A stretch of DNA of 64,000 nt from an uncultured delta proteobacterium (GCA_963755715.1 CAVWLW010000032.1:64001-128000); one strand, 5' to 3'; shown: positions 20,285 through 31,596, counted from the first letter of the stretch. Notes: a model not told the origin generated them from the sequence alone. Made by a program: numbers and translations.

Positions 20285-21818
20285 ATGAGTTCACTGAACC
20301 CGAGCATCAAGCGCAGAGATTTTCTCAAACAAGGAGCCCTCGCCGGCTTCGGCGCGCTACTTGGCAATTCCATCGTCAGGGCGAGTTACGCCGCGTCGCG
20401 AGAACGGCTGACGTTCCTGGCCGCGGTCGGACTGGACACGCTTCATCCCTACGCGATCAGCGCGAGCCCGCATTATGGCATCTGGGAGCATATGATCGAG
20501 CCGCTGATCGAGATCAACTACGCTAAAAAAGAATATTACGGCGTGCTCGCCGAGTCATGGGAATTCCAGGACAAGAAGTGGGTGTTCAAATTGCGTAAGA
20601 ACGTGCGCTTTCACGACGGTAGCCCGTTCACATCGAAGGACGTGATTCACTCCGTCAACCGAATTAAGACCGATAAGCAAAGCTTGCAGGCGGAAAATTT
20701 TCGCGACTTGACCGAGATGCAGGCGCCGGACGATTACACTGTGATTTTTACGACCGAAGTGCCGAATGCGGTTTTTCTCGATCGCTTGTACAACCGCTAC
20801 ATGGTCAGCAAAGCCGCGGCGGACAAGTACGGTGATCAAGTCGACCAGCACCCGATCGGCACGGGTCCCTATAAATTCGTCAGTTGGCAGCGCGGCGCCA
20901 ATCTAGTGCTCACCCGCAACGAGGACTATTGGAACGGCAAAATGGCGATCAAAGAGATCGTTATAAAAACCGTCAAGGAAGACTCCGGGCGGGTCTCGGG
21001 TCTGATGGCGGGCCAAGGCGACGTGATTAACAACGTGCCGGTCGAAGAGCTTTCGCGCTTCGACAAACATCCGAGGATCCGATCCGGAAAAAGTCGAAGG
21101 ACTGCGCATGCACTTTCTCGCGATGAACGTCACGCACAAGCCGTTCGACAATAAGCTGGTGCGCCAGGCCTTCAACTATGCGGTCGATCCGGCGCAAATC
21201 ATCAAATACATCTATGAAGGCAACGGCTATGTCATGAACGGGCCGATGAGCGCCAACGTGATCGGCTTCGATCCCAAGATCAAACGCTATCCCTACGATC
21301 CGAAAAAAGCCAAAGAGCTGTTAGCGAAGGCGGGATTCAATGACGGCTTGGAGGTGAAGCTCTACTTTTCACCCGACCGCTATCCGAAAGCGCGCGAAGT
21401 CTGCCAAGTGGTCGCCGATCAATTGGCCAAGGCCGGAGTGAAAACCGAATTGATCGCGCAAGAGTTCGTTATTTTTTGGGGTAAAGAAGGCGTCAACGGC
21501 GGCAAGACGCCTTTTTATTATGTCGGGCGGCCCGCCATCGACGCCGACACGGTTTACGATCAATACTACCGCTCCGGGGTGAGCCCGCGCATTCAGTACA
21601 AGAATCCGGAGTTCGACAAGTTAATCGACGAAGAACAGAAAACCGGCGATCCCAAAAAGCGCATCGCGATTTTGCAACAGGCTGGACGGATCTTGATGGA
21701 AGATGTGCCGTTTGTGCCGTTATATACCTTGGCGGAAAATTATGGCGTGGCGCGCAACGTGATTTGGAAGCCGCGGCCCGATGAAAAAGTTTTGGCTGCG
21801 GAGATGAAAATTAAATAA
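20285..21818 (+). CDS. Family 5 ABC substrate-binding protein, Tat signal; frameshift near 21080
   Basis: KRRDFLK. ORFs 20273..21154 and 21108..21818 align end-to-end with paralog 18702..20237 (HPRIR / EKVEGLRMHFLAMN). Confidence 0.88.
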
Positions 21819-21974
21819 CATTGGCTCAATATTGCGTGCCGCAATACTTGCTGCCGCTCGGCACTCACCGCCGGCGGTTGATGTTGCAGAACGAGTTTGT
21901 TTTCGCTTCGGACAATTTTGCACGGCGATCATAGGGTCGACGGGAAACCAGCAGAATCCGCTGTCGGAATTTCT

Positions 21975-21989
21975 TGGCATAGTCGTTGC
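21975..21989 (+). promoter_or_regulatory. Putative sigma54 (-24/-12) promoter TGGCATAGTCGTTGC
   Basis: GG and GC at exact -24/-12 spacing, close to TGGCACG-N4-TTGC, directly upstream of an orphan ORF. Confidence 0.6.
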
Positions 21990-22003
21990 TCTAGCGTCAT
22001 TTC

Positions 22004-22546
22004 ATGCCGACGAATGCTACTGGCGTAGCCGATGGAGCGGCGGCGAAAATGCGCTACTCCTCAACCCTACGATGCATCGGTCAATCCCTCGAAGCGATGG
22101 AACTGAAGTCGCTGGAGATAAAAACGCACGGCGATGATTTCATTGTCCAAGTGTGGAACCGCGGCCCGTCGATGGCCATGGATCTGGAAAAGCATTATTC
22201 GCCGCAAGATTTACGTAATCTCGACGCCGAAGGACGCGAAAAGCGCAAACCGTTCGCCGGACCGCCGAATCTTTTGAGCTTATCGCAGGTCTTGCGACTT
22301 GCCGGGAACTACGTCGATCGTATGCGCGGGCGGCTTCTCAGGGTTTCTTGGCAGGATCAATCAGACAAGATTCAATCGATCACCGTGCAATGGGAGCCTG
22401 TCATACCGGTTATGGGAGCGAGTGAATCCCAACCGACGAGCATCGAAGAGTTGTGCATCCATATCTACAAGCAGCGCAAAAAAATCCCGTTTAGCTCGGA
22501 GCGTCAGGCACACCGACCGTTTGTGAGCGTCGCCCGTAACAGATGA
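22004..22546 (+). CDS. Hypothetical protein (start may be the ATG at 22049)
   Basis: 180-aa ORF filling the gap between clusters; GGAG upstream of the second ATG; no recognisable motif. Confidence 0.7.
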   Translation: MPTNATGVADGAAAKMRYSSTLRCIGQSLEAMELKSLEIKTHGDDFIVQVWNRGPSMAMDLEKHYSPQDLRNLDAEGREKRKPFAGPPNLLSLSQVLRLAGNYVDRMRGRLLRVSWQDQSDKIQSITVQWEPVIPVMGASESQPTSIEELCIHIYKQRKKIPFSSERQAHRPFVSVARNR

Positions 22547-22560
22547 TCGGTGCGGCAGCT

Positions 22561-24206
22561 TTAAGCTTGATACTTCACCTCGCCGCCGACCAGCGTCATC
22601 TCGACTTTTAGATCTTTGATTTTTTCCGCTTGAATCTCGAAGGGGTCTTCGGCGAGCACCGCGATATCCGCGAGCTTGCCGACTTCGAGCGTGCCCTTGT
22701 CATTCTCTTCGAAAGCCGACCCACGCGGCGGTCGTCGTGTGCATGGCGAAGGCTTCGCCAACGCTGATTCTTTCCTCCGGCACCCAGACTTCGCCCCAAC
22801 GCATCTTGCGCGACACGCAAGCGGCGATATCGCGCAACGGATCGACCGGCCAATAGCCGGGCGAGTCCGAGCCGCCGGCGATAATCACGCCGTTTTTCAA
22901 TAGAGTCCGAAACGGGAATGCTTTGGTCAGCCGCTTTTCGCCGACGCAGTCGAGGATTGCATCGCCGACGTAGTAGCCGATGGCGATGTTTGGTATCGCG
23001 ACGATGCCGTCTCGTACCATACGCTGCATTCGCTCGGGCGTGCACAGCCAGTTACCCATGTGCTCTATGCGGTGGCGGTGATCTTTGCGCGGCGAGTGCC
23101 CGATGGCATTCTCGTACGCATCCAGCGCCATATCGAAAGCGCGGTCGCCAATCGCGTGCACGCAGCAGCGCAAGCCGGCGTCGTGGCAGATCTGGACGGT
23201 GTGGCTCAGTTCATCTTGCTGGATGCGGATGATGCCGTGATTGTGCTCGTCGTCTTCGTACGGCTCGTAGAAGCAGGCGTTGCGCCCGGTGATGCCGCCG
23301 TCGATGCTCATCTTGACGCCGCCGACCCGCAGCCATTCGTTGCCGAATCCGGTGATGAGGCCGAGCTCGATCAAGCTCTTCGATTCGATCATCGATTCGA
23401 TGACGCGCGGCAGGATGCTCACGCGCGCATGCATGTTGCCTTCTTTGTAGATTTCTTGATAAGCGCGCACCGGCTCGGCATAGCGCACGATGTCGTGGAC
23501 GGTTGTCACGCCGCGTTCAAGGCACTGCTGCAACGCGAACACGATACCGTCTTTAAGCTGAAGATAATTAAATTCCGGCGCAACTTTTTTGACGATCAAC
23601 TGGGCGCGCTCGTGCAGCTCGCCGGTAGGCTCGCCGCTTTGGGGATCATGCTTGATGTGGCCGCCGGCCGGATCGGGCGTGTCGCGCGTGATCTTCGCCG
23701 CGGCCAACGCGAGAGTGTTCGCAACCGTAATATGCGCGCCGAAAGAAATCGGAAACCGGATTGTCCGGCACGGCGCGATCGAGATCATGCTTATCCGGAA
23801 AGCGTTTGTCATTGAGCCGAAAATCTTGCATCGGGCTGCCATGAGCAACGATCCACGATCCTTTGGGCGCGCCAGCGGCGGCATTGGCGAGGCGTTGCAA
23901 GATATCGGCGACGGAATGGACGTCGACGTAAAAATCGCGGCAGTCGACAAGCTCCATCTCCGCCGTGCCTTTTTCCGAGAGATGCACATGAGTGTCGGTG
24001 AGCCCCGGAATCGCCGTCCGACCTTTGAGATCGATCGCTTGAGTTTCCGGGCCGGCGAGGCGGCGAACTTCGTCGGAATTTCCCGTGGCGACAATGCGCG
24101 AACCGACGCAGGCGAGGGCTTCACAAATTGCGGTCTCGCTCGTGAAGGTGCGGACTTTGCCGTTGTATAGAATCAGATCGGGATAGGGTAAGGGTCGCTT
24201 GGTCAT
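22561..24206 (-). CDS. Amidohydrolase_3 (YtcJ-like) metal-dependent hydrolase; frameshifts near 23750 and 22720
   Basis: PDLILYNGKV, IPGLTDTHVH, HAIGDRA, HRIEH, GGSDSP, KGTLEVGKLADIAVL spread over three frames. Confidence 0.87.
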
Positions 24207-24255
24207 TGGCTGGTTCGCTCCTTGTTTGTTCTGCTATGATGGGGAATCCGATACG

Positions 24256-25323
24256 TTATCTTCTTTTCACAAACAATTGGCGCATCAGATTCTCCCATTG
24301 GCTGAATTTCACTTCAAGTTCTTCGAGGGAGAATTTTTCATCGAGGTAAATCTTTTTGAACTTCTGGTCCCGCGTTCCAGTATCCTCGCGCGGCGACCAG
24401 AGTCCGCCTTTCATCATCAGTTGCTGCCCTTCCTTTGAGTGAACGTAGTCGAGGAAGAGCAGGGCGGCATGCGGGTGGGAAGCTTTGGATGACAAACCTG
24501 AATAGCCCACAGTCGTGACCACCGGCTCCAGCGGACGCCACTCGATTGGCGCGCCTTTTTGTTTCGCCACGGTCACGTCGGCGTCGAAAATTGTCGGCGA
24601 CAAGGGCACTTCGCCTGACGCCACCAGCCCGGCCAACGCGGCGCCGGACATGTCCTGGACCTTGATATCCTGTTCCGCCAACTTGTCGAGGAACTCGCGG
24701 CCCATGATCTCGATAGTGCTGCCGATCCAGCGCACTCCGGTGGAAGTGCCGGCGATAGACATTTTGCCTTTCCATTTCGGATCGAGCAGGTCCTTGATCG
24801 TCTTCGGACCTTCGTTCGTTGAAATCAAAGTGGTGTTGAATCCCAAGCTGTTGTAAGTCTCGCGATTGCCGAGATAATAGACACCGGTTTTTCCTTTCGA
24901 CTTGACGGTGTCGGGGTAGAAGCGCGCTTCCGGAGTAAAATATTCTTGAAACAAGCCGTCGCGTTTCATCAATCCCATGCCTTCAGAAGTCGTTTCGACA
25001 ACGTCGACAATGGCGCGGCTGGAGTTGAACTCCTCCATCGCCCGGCGGATCAGGTTCTTTGAATCATTGCGCCACTCGGAAACCTTGATGAAAGGATACT
25101 TTTTCTCGAATTCCTTGACGTAGGTGCGAAACCAGGTGTGCGAATCATAAAGAGTGAATTGTCCTTCGCGCTTGGCGCCTTCGATGAGAATCTTTTCCCG
25201 ATCCGCGCCTTGATACAGAGCTAACTGCGCGATTGTCATCGGCGCCGCAGCGTTAGCTTGGAGTGCGGCGGACGTCAGACAAATAAAGCTAGCCAAGATC
25301 AAGCGTAAAATCTTCGTTTGCAT
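24256..25323 (-). CDS. ABC substrate-binding protein (Fe3+/thiamine-like family)
   Basis: Signal peptide; GAKREGQFTLY, LGFNT, DLLDPKWKGK, HPHAALLFLDY..SKEGQ. Confidence 0.92.
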   Translation of the reverse strand: MQTKILRLILASFICLTSAALQANAAAPMTIAQLALYQGADREKILIEGAKREGQFTLYDSHTWFRTYVKEFEKKYPFIKVSEWRNDSKNLIRRAMEEFNSSRAIVDVVETTSEGMGLMKRDGLFQEYFTPEARFYPDTVKSKGKTGVYYLGNRETYNSLGFNTTLISTNEGPKTIKDLLDPKWKGKMSIAGTSTGVRWIGSTIEIMGREFLDKLAEQDIKVQDMSGAALAGLVASGEVPLSPTIFDADVTVAKQKGAPIEWRPLEPVVTTVGYSGLSSKASHPHAALLFLDYVHSKEGQQLMMKGGLWSPREDTGTRDQKFKKIYLDEKFSLEELEVKFSQWENLMRQLFVKRR

Positions 25324-25363
25324 GCTTAAAGTTGTCTCCCTCCCTACGCGCCGGTAGGGCTAT

Positions 25364-26440
25364 CTATCTTTTGCGGATGAAGAGCTGGCGCAGCAGCCCT
25401 TCCCACTGGCCGATTTTTGCTTCCATCTCTTCGGACGAATACTTTTCGTCTAAATAATTTTTCGTAAATTTCTGCTCCAAAGAGCCCAAATCTTCGCGCG
25501 GCGACCAGAGTCCACCCTTCATGATCAATTGCTGGCCTTCCTTGGAAAGCAGGAAGTCGATGAAGAGAAGAGCCGTATGCGGGTTGGCCGCTTTGGCTAA
25601 GAGCGCCGCTGAACCGACGGTCGTGACGACAGGCTCCAGAGGACGCCATTCCACCGGCGCGCCCTTCTGTTTGGCTAGTGTTACGTTGGCATCGAAGATC
25701 GTCGGCGACAGCGGGATTTCACCGGAAACGACCAAGTTGATCAGCGATGCCGGCGCCATATCTTGCACGCTCATTTCCTGGTCGGCCAACTTATTCAAAA
25801 ATTCGCGCCCCAAAGTTTCCAGCACGTTGCCGATCCAGCGAGCGCCGGTCGTCGTGCTGGTGATCGCCATCTTGCCTTTCCATTTCGGATCGAGCAGGTC
25901 TTTGAGGTTGCGCGGCGCGACGGCCGGAGGAATGAGCTGCGTGTTGAACCCCAAGCTGTTGTAAGTTTCACGGTTCGGCAGATAAAAGAAGCCGGTTTTG
26001 CCTCGCGGCTTAAGCTCGTTCGGATAAAAGCGCGCTTCAGGAGAATAGTACTCCTGAAACAATCCTTCGCGTTTCAAAACGCCCATGCCGTCGGCGGTGG
26101 TTTCGACGATGTCCGCGATCGCGCGTCCTGATTTGTTTTCCTCCAGCACTTTGCGAATAATGTTTTTGGAATCATTGCGCCATTGCGTGGCGCGCACGAA
26201 GGGATATTTTTTCTCGAAGCTCGCGACGAAGGTTTTGAACCAGGTATGCGAAGTGTAGAGCGTGAATTGCCCCTCGCGCTTGGCGCCGTCGATGAGAATT
26301 TTCTCCCGATCGGCGCCTTGGTAGACGGCCAGTTGCGCCGGAGCCATCGGCGGGGTGGCAGCCATTGCTGCCGTAGCGCACGACCAGTAGACGAGACAAA
26401 TGAAGGTATCGAAGAACGATCGGGCGCGCCGTAGAAACAT
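25364..26440 (-). CDS. ABC substrate-binding protein (Fe3+/thiamine-like family)
   Basis: Close paralog of 24256..25323 with the same motifs; GGAG RBS. Confidence 0.92.
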   Translation of the reverse strand: MFLRRARSFFDTFICLVYWSCATAAMAATPPMAPAQLAVYQGADREKILIDGAKREGQFTLYTSHTWFKTFVASFEKKYPFVRATQWRNDSKNIIRKVLEENKSGRAIADIVETTADGMGVLKREGLFQEYYSPEARFYPNELKPRGKTGFFYLPNRETYNSLGFNTQLIPPAVAPRNLKDLLDPKWKGKMAITSTTTGARWIGNVLETLGREFLNKLADQEMSVQDMAPASLINLVVSGEIPLSPTIFDANVTLAKQKGAPVEWRPLEPVVTTVGSAALLAKAANPHTALLFIDFLLSKEGQQLIMKGGLWSPREDLGSLEQKFTKNYLDEKYSSEEMEAKIGQWEGLLRQLFIRKR

Positions 26441-26466
26441 TGTCCGTCTCCTTCAGCTGAACCATC

Positions 26467-27412
26467 TCACAACCGCAAGGTGTTTTTGTTCTCTTTCAAC
26501 CAGGCCGCCAGCCGTGCGATGCCTTCTTCCAAATAGATTTTTGGTGTCCAGCCCAGCTCGCGTTTTGCCAGCGAGATGTCCAGCGGATCGCGATTCCGGT
26601 GGGGTGCGACTTCGGCGGCGTTCGGGTGCTGGCCGATTTCAAACTTCAAATCAGGCAGCGCTTTTTGAATCGCGCGCTGCAAATCTTCACTCACGTATGA
26701 TTGATCAAGGCCGATATTGTAAGCGCGACTGAGCGGCTTGTCGGCGAACAACGCTCGACTAATGGCATCTACGACATCATCGATGTAGATCAAGTCGTCG
26801 AGCGGGCGGGTGAGAAAAGGCCGGCAGGGCTGGCCGAGGATGCCTTTTTTTAACTCCAGTGGGATGCTCCGGTATAAGCCCGGGCCGTAAACCGACGAAT
26901 ATCTAAGGGCGACGAAATCGACGCCATGTTTCTCTTTGTAGAAGTCGCCCATCCATTCTGACACGGTTTTCGCGGCGCGATAAAAATAAGTGGGATAAAT
27001 CGAGACGGCGTCTTCTTCTTTGACCAAACTTCCGTCCGGTTTTTTAAGTTGACCGTAGATCGAAGCAGAGCTTGAATAGACAATTCGTTTCATGCCGAAT
27101 TCTTTTGCCGCTTCCAGGATGTTCGTCATCGCGTGATAGCAGTAGTTAATCACGGAGGGATCTTCATTCCGCGGCGGGTGCGCAGCATGGAAAACATGCG
27201 TGGGCCGCTCCTTTTCGCAGAGCGCTCGGAAAGCTGCAGCATCGGTCACATTCATGATGTGGCTCGGCGTTTTGATACCGAGCAGCGAGAGGTCCGGCGA
27301 GCGCGGCACGACGTCGATGGGAACGATTTTATGTCCAAGAGCCTCGATCAATCGACTCGCGTGCGAGCCGATGAAGCCGTTGGCACCGGTGATCAAGACC
27401 GTGCAGTGACAT
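26467..27412 (-). CDS. NAD-dependent epimerase/dehydratase (extended SDR); probable 1-nt insertion just after the start
   Basis: VLITGANGFIG, YSSSASIYG, YRAAK (YxxxK), LRYSSVYGPG. Confidence 0.88.
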
Positions 27413-27431
27413 GATATTATCTCGTTCGGTG

Positions 27432-28508
27432 TCAGTGCCTGCTGATGAACAGGCGGCGCTTCAAGCCTTCCCACTCGGCGAATTTTCGCTCCATGACCTC
27501 GGGCGGATATTTGCTCTCGATGTAAACTTTCTTGAATTTTTGGCCCGGCGAAGCAACATCTTTTCGCGCCGAGCTTAATCCGCCTTTCAGCACCGCTTCC
27601 TGTCCCTCTTTGGAGTGGAGGTAATCAAGGAACAGCAACGCCGCGTGCGGATTGGGCGCTTTGGCCACCATGCCGGAAGTGCCGGTGGTCGCAATTACGG
27701 GATCGATCGGCCGCCACTCCACCGGCGCGCCTTTTTGTTTGGCGACAGTGATATTCGAATTGAAGATTGTCGGCGACAGCGGCACTTCGCCCGATGCGAT
27801 GAGCTCAGCAAGGGCGGCGCCGGAAATGTTCTGCACGTTGACGTCTTGCTTGGCGATCTTCTCGAGAAACTCGCGGCCGTAGGCTTCGATTACGGCGCCG
27901 ATCCATTGCGTGCCCGTGGTCGTGCCGGCAATGGACATTTTGCCTTTCCATTTCGGGTCGATCAGATCTTTCATCATTCTTGGCGCGTCAGCAGGCGGAG
28001 TAAGACTCGTGTTGAACCCCAGGCTGATGTAAAGCTCACGACTGGTCCAATGGAACACGCCGCTTTTGCCCTTGACTTTGACATTTTTATCGTAGGCACC
28101 GAGTTCCGGCGAGAAAACTTCTTGAAACATATGGGCTGGGATCAACAGCGCCATGTAATCGGGACTGGTTTCGACCACGTCGGCGATGAAACGTACCCGC
28201 CGCAGCTTCGTCGGTCAAGCGCTTGAGCAATTCTTTCGAGTCGCTGCGCCAGACGTTGGTCTTGATGAACGGATATTTGCGGCCGAATTCCTGTGACACA
28301 TAGTCCTGCCATCCAAGTATTCGAAGTGTAAAAGGTGACTTGCGCCTTCTTTCTTCGCGCCTTCGAGCAGGATCTGTTTCGCGATCTTTTCCTTTATAAA
28401 GAGCCAGCTCGGCGACGGACATCGGCTTTGCCTGAGCCGCCAAGCGACAAAGAAACTGGCCAACCACATGATCAGTGCGACGAGAACGAGTAAGCATCTG
28501 ACAGACAT
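27432..28508 (-). CDS. ABC substrate-binding protein (Fe3+/thiamine-like), several frameshifts between 28190 and 28450
   Basis: GGAGG RBS and signal MSVRCLLVLV; fragments ELALYKGKDRE, LLEGAKKEG, KYPFIKTNVWRSDS, then intact C-terminal ORF 27432..28178. Confidence 0.8.
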
Positions 28509-28540
28509 CGAAAATCCTCCTTGAGAGACCGGCCGCGCTA

Positions 28541-29721
28541 TTAGTCGAAATAACCGTTCTTGTAGGCCCAGAGCCAGAGATAGGCGATTTTTTCGTTGTA
28601 CAGTTCGGAATAACCGACGTGGCCATAGCGCGGGATCAAAACCACGTGCGCGCCGCGCGTCGCTCGCGGCGTACTTGGCGCCCATGAACATCTCGCGCTT
28701 GTGCTCGAGCTTCTCACCTTTGACCCAGTGGCCTTTGTCGTTTTCGCCGACAGTGAGCAGCACACGAATGGTTTTCAACCAGTTCGGATCGGGTTCCTGC
28801 AAATGATCGAAATATTCTTCGCGCGGCAGACCGGTGCGCTTGGGATATTCTTCGAGAATGCCGACGGCGGCATTGTGCTGATTGTCGCAGAGACTCGTTT
28901 TCATCTGCGAGCGCAGCGGGCTGATGAGACGAATGTAATCGTCGGCGCCACCCCAGGGCGTTAAATCCTCGGGATCGACGTAACCTGATTCCTTGAACGA
29001 ATCGGGTGAGCGCCGTGAGACGTGATCGATGGGTTTTTCGGTGTACTTTTCCGCGCCGGTTTTATTTCTCCATTCGAGCCGCCAGCCGTCGGGACCGCCG
29101 CTGCCGAAGCCGACGATGCCAATGACCTTCGTTTTCTTTGAAAACCGCGTGAGATGCGCGGCCATCGGTCCACCCGTGGAATGACCGAAGCCGATGATTT
29201 CCCTTCCGGCAAAGTGCTCGTCAGTCAGCAGCCCGGCGCCCTGCAGGATGACGTTGAAGGTGCATTTCAGGTTGCGGTCTAAAACTTCGTCTTGGGGCAG
29301 ATCGCGATCTTTGAGGTAGATCGGATTTCGCTCGGCGATCGGTTGTTTCCATACGCCGCCGAGCGGGTAATGGCCCGGATAGGTAAGCGCCAGCACTTTG
29401 AATCCTTGTGCCGCGAGCACGCGCGCCAATCCGGGCCGCCCGTCAGGCGTCAGATCCATGATCTTTTCGCTGCCCGCGCCGCCGTGAAAGAAAACAAAAG
29501 CCCGACGCGGATCGGTTTCTTTTTCCGGCGTGTATAAGCGTGCCGTGCATGTCCCAGTCATAGCCGTTGCGCTGATAACGAGTCCAAGCATCGGCAGTGG
29601 TTACTTGGGTGGCGCTGTAAGGCGGTTCTATCGCCAGCCATTCATCCCAGCTCAGCTTCAACAGCAAGTCGTTCGATTTTAGGCCGGCAAGAAATTTTTC
29701 GGTGGCGCTATTCATCGACAT
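28541..29721 (-). CDS. Uncharacterised alpha/beta-hydrolase-like protein; frameshifts near 29545 and 28660
   Basis: FFHGGAGS, GFKVLALTYPG, GHSTGG nucleophile elbow, VGENDKGH, PRYGHVGY across three frames. Confidence 0.7.
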
Positions 29722-29734
29722 GCAACTTCCCCTT

Positions 29735-30569
29735 TTAACCTTTGGCTACGTAGTGGTCGAGGTAATACTTGGCGATTTCCCCTTTGGTCGCAAACCATAC
29801 ATTGGGAAAACCCTTGGCGTAACGGATGCACTCTTCAAAAACGCCGATGATGTTCGGCCGCCCGCCGATGTGCGCATGCACGAGACAATCGATGAGCTTG
29901 GGCGCGCCGGCTTGGCCTTCGGCATATAGACAGTCGAAGGCTGCCTTGAAGCTGTCGAAATAAACCCGTGCGGGATTTTTGTGAGTGAACAGGAGGCTCA
30001 AGTCGTTGGCGTAATCCAACCGCGGCATGATGACGATCGGTTTGCCATTGACAATCGCGATGCTGCGGGATATCGGGTCCCGGCAGGTCACCGGTCCAGA
30101 AAATGCCTTCATCCACATAGTGGCCCAAACTGTATTCATTGATTCGATGGCCGGGACTGACCCACCCCACCGGGCGCTTACCGGTCACGGAGCCGAGGGC
30201 GTCGAGAGTTCGCCGGATGAGATTTTTCTCCGCCTCGGCATCCAATGAAGATAGCGCGGTGTCATTGACCCAGCCGTGGCCGACGATCTCATGACCGCCG
30301 GCGTGAAGTTCCTTCAACGCATCGGGAAAATCTTCGGCAATACGGCCGTTGGTGTCGATAGTGCCTTTGACGCCATTGCGGTTTAGCGCGTCCATGATGC
30401 GCCAGATGCCGGCTTTGCCACCGTATTCGCCATAAGCAAGCGAGGCGTAGTCGGGTTTGCCGTCTTCGCTGCGGCGATATTGGGAGGATTTTTCAAAGGC
30501 CTCGAAGGCGACAAAAAAGCTGACGGCGATTTTTGCGTCATTGGGCCACTTGATCGGTTTGAGTCTCAT
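29735..30569 (-). CDS. Polysaccharide deacetylase family (PuuE/allantoinase-like); frameshift near 30070
   Basis: WPNDAKIAVS, YGEYGGKAGIWRI, HEIVGHG, GKRPVGWVSPG, then FDCLYAEG...HAHIGGRP...VWFAT. Confidence 0.85.
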
Positions 30570-30582
30570 AGCTTTGTCCTTT

Positions 30583-31596
30583 CTAGGATTTTGGCGCCCC
30601 GAAAATATTCCGGAAGAGCTCGTTGTATCGGTTGAAGTCTTCGCCCGCGCCGATGTCGTCGATGACGTAGTTTAGCTTATCGATGCCTTGAGCCGTTGTC
30701 GGTATGCCGCGTCGTGTCGGCACGCGGCCGAAGGAAGCGATGATCTTTTGACCTTCCTCGCCGAGCATGAAATCGATGTACAGCCTTGCCGCATTGGGAT
30801 GAGCGGCCTTGGAGCCAACGCCGATTGGTTGAAACTTGGTAAAAACCGGATCCTGCGTAACCCAATCCACCGGCGCGCTTTTACGCTTGGCGTCTTCGAC
30901 ATTGTGCAAATAGGTGTTCAGCACGAGAGGAAACTCGCCTGCGGCCAGAAGGCCGGTCAGAATGGTCAGGCCCGAGTATAGCTTGAATTCCTGGGCGCCG
31001 AGTTTTTTCATGTAAGCCAACCCCTTTTCTTCTCCCATGCGCTTGACCTTCCAGGAAAACCATTCGGGCTTGGAATGATCCATGCCGATCTTGCCCTTCC
31101 ATTTCGGATGCAACAATTCTTCATCGGACTTGGGCACCTCGTTGCGCTTGACCAGGCGCGTGTTGTAGCCGATCACGTTCGGCATCATGTAGACCGCCGC
31201 CCAATATCCGTCGGGATCGAAGAACGGTTTTTGGATATTTTTCACTTCGGGCGAAACATACTTGGCAAGCAAGTTCTTTCTTTTGAGAAAATAGGCTTGG
31301 GTCTCGGCGGACTGAACGACATCGAAATCATACTTGCCGGCTTGCGCCTCGGCCATGATCTTGGTCAGCAAGCGTTCGCCGACGGCGCGAAACATGGAGG
31401 GTTGGATAAACGGATATTTGGCTTTAAAGGCGTCATTCAGTTTCTGCGCCTGGTCGACTGTCATCGAGGTGTAGATTACCAACGCGCCTTCTTTTTTGGC
31501 GCCTTGAATGAACGCCTCGTCGCTAGCGCGGACTTCGGCACTGATAATAAAAAACATCGTCAGTGCCACGAAAAAAAATCCACGACTTACGCGCAT
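30583..31596 (-). CDS. ABC substrate-binding protein (Fe3+/thiamine-like family)
   Basis: Signal peptide; GAKKEGALVIYTSM, IGYNTRLV, AAHPNAARLYIDFML. Confidence 0.92.
   Translation of the reverse strand: MRVSRGFFFVALTMFFIISAEVRASDEAFIQGAKKEGALVIYTSMTVDQAQKLNDAFKAKYPFIQPSMFRAVGERLLTKIMAEAQAGKYDFDVVQSAETQAYFLKRKNLLAKYVSPEVKNIQKPFFDPDGYWAAVYMMPNVIGYNTRLVKRNEVPKSDEELLHPKWKGKIGMDHSKPEWFSWKVKRMGEEKGLAYMKKLGAQEFKLYSGLTILTGLLAAGEFPLVLNTYLHNVEDAKRKSAPVDWVTQDPVFTKFQPIGVGSKAAHPNAARLYIDFMLGEEGQKIIASFGRVPTRRGIPTTAQGIDKLNYVIDDIGAGEDFNRYNELFRNIFGAPKS

Noticed and set aside
21075-21095. Programmed ribosomal frameshift at GGAAAAAG in the fourth family-5 binding protein
   Set aside because: The adjacent paralog is continuous here and similar breaks occur in many unrelated genes, so a sequencing indel is more parsimonious.
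25342-25359. CCCTAC-N6-GTAGGG hairpin between tandem binding-protein genes as a terminator
   Set aside because: The stem is only 6 bp with no U-tract; possibly a REP remnant but too weak to call.
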